Made by a program: the position numbers and the translations under genes. Below are positions 28,758 through 40,200 of a stretch of 64,000 nucleotides of DNA, one piece after another; positions within the stretch are counted from its first letter, which is position 1, and each line of letters begins with the position of its first letter. The notes under the pieces were generated by a model. The model made no database searches and had not been told where the DNA came from. It saw nothing but the letters and a program-made list of their open reading frames with translations. Source of the stretch: Klebsormidium nitens (taxonomy: Eukaryota > Plantae > Klebsormidiophyceae); assembly GCA_000708835.1 (NCBI GenBank), contig DF236959.1, positions 230,183 to 294,182 on the forward strand, in the 5' to 3' direction.

Positions 28758-29888
28758 GGACCAGCTTTCGATTCGGGTTTGTCATTTTCATGGCCCATCT
28801 GGCTAAGGTAGGTATATAGGTGCCTCGCTCGAAGTCGCCCAACGTATGTATCCAGCGACATGTCCAGAGATTACAAAGCCCGCAAACATTACCAGACTTT
28901 CACGATGTCAGATGGATCTGCAAGGCTCAGGGGCTCATTCCCTGTGGAGTTGGGTATTCGGCAAGTCGATGATCAAGTCATGTTTTTAACGCAACCTTCT
29001 TAACATTGATTGGGGACATGCATGTAAGATGATCGCCACGCACCGACATGCCTGGCTCATGCATGCAACGCGTTTTGAATATGCACATGCTCATGGCTAT
29101 AGCTTTACTGATCCAATGCAATGGCCATTAACATCCAAACGTTCCAGCGAGCCCAACTACATATATTGGCCGGCCGGCATGCTCAGTTAATTTATCCGAT
29201 CATTGAGTCTGGCCCTATGTGTAGTAATTGACGCAGTGGTTCAATATCCCGCCCGCCCGCGCCGTGCTGCATTCTTGGGCGGGCGCAAATCAATTGTAAG
29301 ATTGTTTGTATGGAGAAATTTGCAAATTAATTAGGATTCTAATATTAACACATGTATCGATGTACATCATTGTGCGCGCGTTGTATCGATCAAAAAGTTT
29401 CGCGATCATTCGACGTACAGGGCCATTGCGTCACTCGGATATCTCGATCATTGAATTAAAACATGGCTGGTTTGCAAGGGTTCCTTGGCTTGTTATATAA
29501 GTTCGTGTCCATGGCCGCCATGCGGTAACTAAGGGCCTTCGTCGATTGTTTGTTAAGCACCCGTACATATGCATATCATGCCATCAAGTGATTCCTTTGT
29601 GCACCCGTATACCGTACATGCCCATATCATGCCATCGTTTCTGCACGTACCGTACATGCATGATGCGGCCGCCAAGTCATGTAGAAACTTCGTAAGTTCA
29701 CTCGCACTAAGCCAGGGCGGCCTTGCCAAAATCATTGGATATCCTACTCGCAAAACGTGCGCGCGCAGCGTTCACATGACGAGAACGTCGAGCTCTGCTG
29801 AAGTTTCCTACGTGCTTGAATACACGGACCTAGGTATGAGGATCTCAGCCCAGAACAAGAACTTCCTACCGTCAAGCGTTCACCCTTC

Positions 29889-32800
29889 TCATTTTTTGCT
29901 ACACGACTTTTTGTGCTCTGGCCAATCCTTCTTCTGACAAGTGACGCTGCAATAAGTCCGTGTATGGCACCGAGAGCACCGCTTGACATCGTGCAACAGA
30001 ATCGAGCAAGAAGAGCACCTCTCCCCGGGATGCTCCGCTATCATCGCCTCTTGCGCGGCCGCCTGATTCGTCCCGTTGTAAATGACCCGGTGCTTGTAGT
30101 AGAGACGCATCCGCTCAAACTCGTCGTTCTGCATGTCATCCACCCCTATCGCACCTCCCTTTTGCATGTCGCTAAGTAGCTGGGTTAACACATGCGGCTT
30201 CTCGACCAGTATCTCCTCGCTGAACTCCACACAGTTTCGGCCCCAGTTGTATCTCGCAGTCCCCCTCTTCCGGGCGATTTCCGGCGGAAATTCCACCCGA
30301 AAGGGCTGCATCCCCGGAACCAGACCGTTCGTGAGGTATCCCGGGAGGCCCGCCCGACCGATGCGCATGACGTCACCGTCTCCCGAACCGTCGAACATGT
30401 TACGAACCAGCACCGGGATGATCTGCTCGTTCAAGCGCTGCAGATCCGCCGCGCTTTGGCAGGCCGCCACGTGGGCCAGCCGCATGCACACGTGGATCGC
30501 GGAATGGTAGAACGCGGAGCGGGTCAGGGACGCCACGGCCGCCGCCGCGCGAGAGTCGATCATCAGGTTCAAGAATCGCGGGAGGTGTTTCGCCAATACC
30601 ACAATCCCCGCCTTCTTGTTCTTCATCTCGAGCGTCTTCTTCGGCTCGTCCGGCGGGTGCGAGTACCACAGACTCTCCGACAGCACGCTCAGCATACTCA
30701 TCAGGGGATCCAGCTCGGGCGTGAACACGCGGGCGGGCGCGCGGCGCTCGGCCTCCCCGCAAAACGCGGCGAGAAACCCGGGGAAGAAGTGGGAGAAGAG
30801 GAAGTCGATGGACACGTGTCCAGCGTGGAAGTGGTGCGCCATGAGGGCCTTGCAGTGCTCCCACGTGGGCTCCTCGGAGCGTCCGCACATGATGCGGACG
30901 GCGCTCTCGACCGTCGATTTGGGCAGCGGGCGCGGGTGCTCGAAGATGAGGAAGCACACGAGTCGGGCGAATGACTCTTTGCTGATCTGCAAGAGGCGCA
31001 CGAAACACTAACGATCAGTCACTGTTTCGCTGAAGAAGTGATCAAATCCGGAGGTAGGCCCCAGCTGGTCACTCAATCAGATTCGAGGGGATCCACTTTT
31101 TCGAGAAGCTGAAAATTGGGAAACAGTTTCGCAGCTTAGGACAACATGTAAATCTACGAGCATGGGTGCTCAAAGGGCTTTTCAAAAACTCGAGTTGCAA
31201 GGATTTATCTACGCTTTCTATTTGCTGCCGCAATCGGAAACCGCTGTGCGTCAGATGAGATAAGATACCTTGACCCGTCGAAGTCAGATTTTGCAAAGTC
31301 CTACAGGATGCTTAAAAATACACTTGTAGAACTGAAAACGCCCATGTGACAAAACTGCCAAGAGGGTGCAGCTATGGTCAGATAGTCAGATCGCAATGGA
31401 GAGCAAAGACAGGATCGGGTCTCGCTCACTAATTATCAACATAAAGCGCATGGTACGAACACTTCAACACGGAGGAAACAGGGAATGTTCGTTCGATTCA
31501 GTAGAAGTCTTGAAAAGAAAGAGACTGGTGAATTCTTCAGAACCTTCTCAACCACAAGCGGGGCACACCGCTAGCCAAATAGAGTACGCCGTTTGAGCTA
31601 ACTTCCTGACCTAGTAACAGAAGAAGACCCAAACCTTCTTGTTCTTGGGGGGATGACGTTGTTCTGTGGAATTGTCACTGGCATCACCTACCGAATCTTT
31701 TGACGTCTTTTGCCACATTGAAACTTCTACTGACCTCTCAATGTTCGAAAAACACCAACGTTTGTGCAAGGTGAGTAGATCCTTGTGTTCAATCGGTCCT
31801 GATTCAGGAGTTTGGGGTTCGCCGACAAACAAGATACGAGCGCCTTACCGCGGGAACCGGTTCGGACTGAGCCTCCGCGAGGGCTTGCAGGATCGTCACA
31901 ACCTTTACGATGTCGGCATGCTCAGCGATATCCCGCTTTCCCCCTCTGAGCGTCTCTGATCGTGCAGAGCTGGGACTGCAAACGAGAGATCTGATTGAAA
32001 GGGAAACCAAGATCCATAAATTGTTTCTACACGCTTCTAAGACTTCGAGGTGAAAATAGTCAGGCTAGTCACATGTGCGCTCCAGTAGGGGAGAAACAAG
32101 ACTTTCGGGCGAGTGGTTTTGGAAATCGTCCTTGGTTCTTCGTCATGTAGCAGACTGTCTCAAGATTGAGCCAGCACTGAATGCGGAAGTAGCCCTCCAC
32201 TCATCATGCCGGCCTATCAACAGTCAAGCTTCTGTCGCAATACAGGGTGTTGAGATGTCACCTTTCTGGTAGGCATAAGAGGTACAGTAAGTATACAGTC
32301 CCCAGGAAACGTTGCCACAAGCTTTTTCACCAACATGTTTGACCCCGTGATCGATATCAAGCGGTTGTCATTGGGATCATAGCCTTTCAATTGGGATCAT
32401 AGCCTTTCAATTAGGATCATAGCCTTTCCATTGGGAATCATAGCCTTTCAATTGGGATCATAGCCTTTCAATTGGGATCATAGCCTTTCATTTAGAGCAA
32501 AGCTGCAGGCATCAGGCCTCAAACAAGGGTGAGCCAAAACAGGGAAGAGTGCCTAGAAGGCAAGTATGCGCTCCTGTCAGGAAAGCGCCGGCCCGCACGA
32601 ATGCACATGTCATACGACAGAAGCGCCAACAATCATCCAATTTTCACTTACAGCAGCCACACGTTGAGCAGCAGGCAAATGGCAACCTCCACAGTCAAGT
32701 AACCGAAATCGGTAAGCTTCCTCTGATGCTCTAGTTGGAGGAACTGCAGCACCGCCCCAAGGAGTCCTGCGAAGAGGAAGCAGGTCCATAGAGAGTGAGA

Positions 32801-33916
32801 AAGGGGGGGGATGCCAGCCAGAAGCCGCTTTGAGCTGTGAGGAGGCTTTATCAGAACCTCTAGATCCAAAAAGGGCGTCAGGCCAACTACTGTAGTTTTA
32901 CTCTCTGCAGAGTCAGCGATTGTCCGCTTCTTCCAGATAAGAGGGTTCTACTAGGGTCTAGGAAACGTATTCATGGCTGTGAGCAGAAAGAGTGAATGTG
33001 CGCCACCTCTGTCTTCGACATCCTAGGTGCATGAAGAACTCTGTGTTACCAGGTTGCAAGTGACTAATTCCAGAGTGATTTGGTTGTAACACCTTTGGCA
33101 GAAAAGAAGCAAGAAATGCATCTTCCAAAGCCTTCCGTTTGGCCATGCCTCACCTGCCTGCTCTTCCAGCTTGACGGCCCTTCCTTTTGGAGCAAAACAG
33201 GTCCCAAACATCAGAACAGTGGCTCCGTGATACACCATCGGCATGAATCGAGGATCCCGATCCCGCACCTCGATGTCGGACAGCGCCACCCAGGTCACCG
33301 CCACCTTTTCGATCACGCCCTGCCTGATTGCCCAATGATAGAACTTTTTGGAGACTTTCTTTGCCTGCTCGGAGCATGGGACTCCCTTGAGTGGCCTCCC
33401 CATTGCTTCGAAAAAGTAGAGAGCTTGCTGAAGTGAAGAGTCTGCAGCTAGGGCCCGCTTCTTTGTCGCCTCCCTGACTTCCATAATAATGTTGGTCACC
33501 TCTCTGACTGCACCAAATTCCCAGGCTCTGACACACAGCTCAGGGACGAGTCTGATGCAGTGGCTCAGACATTCCACGGTGTGAGCTACGCTCTCGCGAG
33601 ACTGGGCCTTCAGATTTGCGCAAATCATCTTAAACAAGCCGCAATCCGCTAGTGCTTGGACTTCAGCGGGCGACGCAGACCCCAGCGCATCACAAAACTC
33701 GTCGACGTTGGACACCATTGCAAGCTTTTCCTTCTTCTTGAGCCTTTGCAAAGTCTGCCGTATGGCTGCCACCATGAAACCCCATCGTCCCCTCTCTATC
33801 TCCTCGAGCATCCGACCAAGGAGCACCTCCAGGGGATCGTCTATAGTTGTGAGTTGGGGCGGAGCCGCACCTTTCTCTGCTGCGTCACCACCACTACTGT
33901 TCTTTGGGGTCGTCAT
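29889..33916 (-). CDS. Helical-repeat-like protein with C-terminal MYND zinc finger; about 4 exons
   Basis: Terminal exon ends CSSC..CSRC..YCSVTCQKKDWPEHKKSC (MYND). Upstream exons (about 33916-33157, 32770-32650, 31945-31847, 30989-29889) join at GT-AG sites in compatible phases. Confidence 0.75.
32371..32491. repeat. Minisatellite, 6 x 20-bp TTGGGATCATAGCCTTTCAA, in an intron of the MYND gene
   Basis: Six near-identical contiguous copies with no spacers. Confidence 0.95.
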
Positions 33917-34151
33917 GGTGCTTAAGCTGGCTCAAGAAGGACAACAATTCTGGAGGTCCTCCTTCAATTGGACTTGATACCAGAGTGAGCGGATGCAGAA
34001 GGGTTGGAAACTGATCTACCTAGGTAGAAAGTCCAGCTGGAAGGAGTCAGCTGGAAGTCAGCTGGCAGTGGAACTGGAAGAAGCAAGTTGCATAATGCAA
34101 CTCAAAGCTCGGGTAATGGGGTTTACTTCATCTCGCTTCACCCGCTCAAGA

Positions 34152-34160
34152 AAACCCTAA
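34152..34160 (+). promoter_or_regulatory. Telo-box (AAACCCTAA) in the 374-bp divergent MYND/NUP85 promoter
   Basis: Exact motif between two head-to-head start codons. Telo-boxes are known plant promoter elements, but function here is unverified. Confidence 0.35.
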
Positions 34161-34290
34161 ACTTTCAAAACTAAGTAGGTGTAACTTGCAAGCGTTCAAA
34201 GTTCTAACTCAGAGTTTTCTGCCGTTCAAGTAGATGTTCAACTTCAAGCAGCACAGGCAAGGCGCATTGGAAGGGGTCCTGGAGTAAAGA

Positions 34291-37200
34291 ATGCCTGGAA
34301 GGCTTTCCTCACTGGCACTTGCTTCTGCACCACCCAGCATGAGGCCTTCTGGTCTGTTCCCTGGCGAAGGAGAAGCCAACGAAGTGGAACAGACAGGTAT
34401 TGAACGCTCTCCACGCCGCGATCGGCTTTGCTTGCCAGATGGTCTTCCATGTCTATCAAACGCTACAAGCTTTCCCGCCTCTCTACTCCTTGGGGCGTAC
34501 CACTTGTTAGTTTCTGTATGAGATACAGGGCATCAAACAACGGTATATTCTATTGGTCAGATTGATGAGCACCTGGTTTTAATGTCTCAAGAGAAACAAA
34601 TGTGGTGGGTATGTGGTGTATTCTGTGTTGGTCGGTATCTTTTCTCACCTTTCCTGGTTGTTGCCAGTGTGCATGTTGGAAATGCCTACGAACCAGCTCA
34701 TATCAATAAGAAATTCTTTTCCCCAGAGTTCTGATTCTGCCTTCATTTTCCACCACTTGGCATCGTGGCATTTAGTCTGGTGCCCAAGGAAAAGGACAGC
34801 ATCTGATTTCGCCACTTACTTGAAACCACACATATCTGTGAAGCATCAAACGAATTGCATCTTGTTGCTTCTCATCACCCCATGAGCCACTTCTTACTTG
34901 CTTCTTTAGAAGTCTCTCATAAGCATTCTTGCTTCCAAGCTTGATTGACTTTCATCTCGACGCCTGCAGTGGAGCTTTTTGTTGTAACAAGCATCGTCTT
35001 ACTGTTACAATGTGTAACTGGCTCGCAGAGGACCACACCGGGCAGAGATGGGGTTCACCATCACCGAAAGAAAGGCGCATTGCTTATGATTCTGTTGACC
35101 CATTCTGCCGGTTGCAAAAGAGGAAGGCTACGCTAGTCGATGATGCGGCGCCCTCTTCGGAATGGTGAGTGTTGTCAAAAAGCCCTTGGCCACTGAACCG
35201 GTGTCCTGAAGCAGTCGGACAGTCCGAAGATCTGATCGTAACCCCCATTAAAACGCCATGAGAGTTGTACGAATGTAACTTTAATATGAAAGTGGGGGGT
35301 TTTGTTGCATTTGAGGTGTCAATTGATCATGGTCATAGCCAATCGTTGCTGTAAATCAATAACGAAACCCACTTTCGGAGACCTTATTTGAGACATTGAG
35401 GTTACTCAAATAGGGCCTGCAAAGCTGATGGATGCACTTGAGACACAGCTTTATGTTTAGACAACAGGCGATGAAGCCCAAAATAAAATCTGGTGCTGAC
35501 TCTGAGATCCAGGTTCCATGATGGTTAGCTCGATTGACTTGCAACGCCAATCCGTGCTCTCTTGGCACACACGTCTCACTCGTTGGACAACCCTTCCGTG
35601 ACAATTCATGGACGGATGCTCAGAGTAAACTCAGAGTCCAAAGTTTCGCTTTTCATCACCTTCGTGCAATCTTTAAGAACAAAGAAACCACCCCTCAGGC
35701 AGCCAGTCAATACGCCGTATTCAATCGTTGACAACTAATCAAGTGCCTGCCCGCAGGATTTTGGAATACAGCCAGGAGATCCTGGCCCTTCTGGGGCCAC
35801 GGGACGAGCCCCATGGGCTTTCCAGCCGTTCAGACGACGACGACAACGACATGCACGATGACGACCAGGTGAGACTACTGTCTCTCACTAGTCTCTGATG
35901 GAAAGATACTGTGGACCCGCGATAAGTGTCTCAATAACACCCAAGGTTGTAATGCCGTTAGAACGTTCAGATGCATCGGCCAGAGAGGTTGTGGATACTA
36001 CGGGAGGCCTACAGGAGCGGAAAAGTTATAGGGGGTGAAGATGCCGTCAAAATGCTAAATAGTGCAACAGCCTGCAAGTGTTCACATTCACACCACTGTC
36101 GACTCACACTGATAATCAGAATGTGGAGACTGAAAAATGAACGTTCTCGGGTCAAACTTGTTTGGAATCGGCCGGACTCTTCAATCCGCTCCGCTGCGAA
36201 ACCTGATCTACAAAAAGCTACAAAGACACGGGTGTCAAACCTCTGACACCCTTTCCATTTCGGCACTCTTAGCCTTCGTAACCACTGTAGCATCAAGACG
36301 TTGTCGACGGTCTTAGTTCGAAGCATGATTTGGGCAACAACACAATCAAAAGCTCAATCAAGATCTTGACTGTTTCAGGAAGAGGAGCCGGGCCCGGCAC
36401 CCCCCCTGGCTGTCCGTCTCCCCCGAGCGGCTTGGGAGTTGATCGAGCTGTTCTACCTAGGCGGCCGGCCGTCGTCTTCAGTTGCGGAGGATCTGGTCGA
36501 GTGGCTCCGGGTAAGTGCGCTGGCCTGAAGTTCTCCGCTTTCCTTGAACGACGGGCGGTTATACCGGTGGTCTTGCATGTTTTAGTATCTGATCGAGTTG
36601 TGCAAATTGAGACATCATCATTCGGACAGGGCGTCTTCTGATCGGAAAGCTCTTGACCAAGGGAAGGGCAAGAGCTTCCATCTCTACAATGATGTGAAAG
36701 CCTGAAGATGGTCATGAACATTCTGGCATGATCGCCAAGTGTTGACGCAGACTTTTCAAACAAAAAGTCCACTTTTTAAATAAAGCGTTGGCAGCCTGCG
36801 TCACAATTCGGACTCATACAACCCGTTAATGAAGAAGAACTCTGGAAACCCTTTCGTGCCCCCTGCTCGTGGTCCCATCAACCTGCCCTCAACATGTTCT
36901 CTCGTCGGCAGGAGCTTGAAACTGTATCTTCACAGACAGCAGGGCAAGTATTGCAACCGAAGCGGGTTTTGTTTTCCTGCAGGGAAACCACAGCGTGCTC
37001 CCCGACCCTCCCCCCGGGCGCAAGAACGCGCACACCCGTATCCAGGAGCTGCGGACGAAACTAAAGACGAGACCAGCGGAGGACTTACCCGAGTACTGGG
37101 AGGCAATCGCGGCCATACTGGCCGTGGGATGGATCGATGCTGCCGTTTTTCTGCTGAAACAGCTGGCGTCGTTCAGCCCCGAGGATTCAAACCTGGAGGT

Positions 37201-40200
37201 GAGGAACACCGTTCGGGTCATTCAATCACATTGAATCAGGTTGAATCTTACCCGAGGAACCTGGGTTCGGCTCAACTACAATTAGGAATCGTCGAACTCG
37301 GCTACGCGATGCAAGCATCTTTCTTCTGAAATAGCTGGCGAAGTTCAGCCCCCAAGAATCTACTTTGGATCTTAGATGACGTCAGGTCTAGAGCATATGA
37401 TACAGCATAGACGGGTGCGGATTGCGATTGTGATCAGTTGGTAAAGGGCTTGAAGGGCTTGTTGGAAGATCATGGATTTCCTGCATGTATCAGAACAATC
37501 TGCTTTTCTCGACGTGCGGTCTCTTGAGCTAAGCTGCTACTCGAGGGTCGCTTTGCGCAAAAGTCTTGAAGTGGGCGGAGGGCACAAACTTCGTTTTGCC
37601 CTTGCACTAGCTTCTTGTATCTCTTGACCTGAGTTGTCCGCTGAAACCTAGAAGGCCTGCGAAACTCTTCGGACTCAGTAAATGACGATTTCAAAAAAAG
37701 TATATCAGTAGTGGGAGGTCAATGAGTCGGCAGTGCCCTCGAGCAGCCCGAAAGTCTATGCGCTGTACCTCGATCTGCTGTAGGGAGGCGGCATCTGCGG
37801 GTTTTCCTTTTGAGAGCACGCTCTGCATGATAGAAGATAAGTATCACTGCATGTGAAGCCGTCGTCGTCCGTGCAGCTGGAGCGCGGCCTGATCGAGGGG
37901 CTGGCGATCCTGGTCGAGCAGATTCCGAGGTTGCGAGCCGAGGGGGAACAAGACCACCCGAGCGTACCCACGTTTCTCAAGGTGTGGCGACGAGAATTTT
38001 GGCTCTCACTTGCATCAGAACAGAAGATGTTCGATAGTCTGTCGTGCTTCCAGCGCTTCTGCTTTGGAGGAGCAACTGGCATGGCTGCTTCGTGTCGTCA
38101 TAAGGACAATCTGGAGTTCCGCGTAACCTACGTTCCAACTCTATCCTCGGAGCTTGGCAGATCTATGCCACTCTGAGGTACAAGAAACAAACGCAATTTC
38201 TGAAAGGGCGGGCGAATTAAAAGTGCACGTTGGTTTTTAGGTTGGAAAGAGGAACGTTCGATGCCGGACCCTCAAACTTCAAATGACCATTCCTCACTAG
38301 AATAGGATAAAGAAATTTTGTCTGGTAACAAGAGGGCCCAGATACTCCCGCTCGCTGTGCGCCAGAGTGTGCTTCCCATAATTGATCAGCGAATTGAGGG
38401 TGTTCGTTTGCATGGATAACGCTTCCGAAAACTTTTCCAGAACCTCCTTTCTCGAGCTTCTTTACAGGCGCGCGAGAGCTGGAAGGGCAAAATCCAGAAG
38501 CTGCTGACGAGCCAGAACGTCTCAGGTGCAGGACGCTTTGCGCTTAAACCAGCATCGATCAGCGACTGATGGTTTCTGAAAAGGTTCTCTCCTTGATCTT
38601 CTTTCAGGCGCGCGAGAAATGGAAGGGCAAGATTCAGAAGCTGCTGACCAGCCAAAACGTCTCAGGTGCAGGACGCTTTGCGCTTAAATCAGCATCGATC
38701 AACGATTGATGGTTTCTGGAAAGCCTCTCTCAAAGTCTCCGTGATCTTCTTTCAGGCGCGTGAGAGCTGGAAGGGCAAGATCCAGAAGCTGCTGACGAGC
38801 CAGTACGTGGCCAAGTGCCGGACGGTGGCGCGCACGGGCCTGGAGCTGGTGCGGACGGTTCTGGCGGGCGAGAAGGACGGGCTCAAGCGGAGCACCGGAC
38901 ACTGGGCGGAACTGCTGGCGGCGCACCTGTTTCATCGACGGCCCAACATGAGGGTGAGGGGGATAAGTTTGCTTTAAAAGGATTGGAAGAGACCTTGTTT
39001 AAGAGTGGAGGAGACCCTTTTGATCGAAGGAGTTGGTGGTGGTATGTGAGGTGAATGGAAGACTCTGGGATCGGATTTCCGGGAAGGTGGAGCTAGCAGC
39101 TCCAACTGGTGATACCAGACTTGCGGGTGAGGAAGTTGTTCGAGGCTTTTGAGGCAACATGTGGTGTGATAATTCGTGGCGTTGAGCGTAGGAGTCGGGT
39201 AGTTAGTCGAAGAGGGGAATGAAAAACAAGGGAGAGTTCGCAAGCGAGGTGGATACAATGCGGCTGGGGGGTGAGAAAAGTTGGGGTGAAAAAAGTTGCT
39301 GCAAGGGCATTGCTGAACTTAAGGTTAGGCAGAAAGTTCCTAAGTGTGGCGTGAGAGTGGCGGAGGCACAGAGAAGAGACGTATGGATGCCACGAGCCAC
39401 CTAAGCGGCGACACGGATGTATGGGCTTGAAGCGGGTGAATGCAGCAAGAAGAAAAAGCTTGGACCCCGCGTGATAGATCTTGAGGCCCTTCGTATTCGA
39501 AGCGCCGTTACCATAGTCAGAGCGTCTCTACGGAAACGGGAGGAAAAGACGACGCGTTCGCATTTCAGAACCGCAGTGTTTGGGGCAATTCCGTAAACAT
39601 TGGGATAAGAAGGGGAAGGACAACTGGGCCGAAAGTAGATAGAAACAAGGTGACACGGCCGAAAACGAGGACACGCAAAATGGTAGGGAGAACGGTAAAT
39701 CAATCAAGAAATGCCATCGATTCCTACGCCTCACTCTTCCCCTTCTGCCCTTTTGTTCAGGCTCAGCTCGAGATTCAGCGGCTGGCCGAGGCGTGCATAG
39801 TGGAGGCGGGTCTGAGCGGTCGGGATGACGAGAGCATGACACCGTTCGACAAGATCACGCTGGCGATCCTTGGGGGAGAAACGGAGGTACGCATTTGCTC
39901 TCGTCTTGAATCCAAGCTGCACTTTCTTGCATTCTAACCTGTGCTTACAGCAACTGGGTCTCGTTTTAGAGAGACCTAGACCTGATTCGCAACTGGCGAA
40001 CATGCCTTCTGCGGCAGAGTGCCAACAATTTCCATTCCCACGAAGGCCTGACTTTTCCTATTAATTTAAGCAGCTCGGGCAGCTTGATCGCTTGTGCTGC
40101 GGCTGTTTTTCACTGCGTCCGTTACACTGTTTATGGAGAGGGTACTTCACGACGTTGTCGAGATTGAGAAAGCCAAAAGCTTCTTAAACAGGTCTCTGCA

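Noticed and set aside
30133-31011. Long plus-strand ORFs (e.g. 30192-30974) over the MYND exon
   Set aside because: Antisense shadows of a GC3-rich exon. The same applies to 52155-52676, 62472-62927 and 7640-7933.
32371-32491. Repeat array as CRISPR
   Set aside because: Units are contiguous with no unique spacers, and the context is a eukaryotic intron.
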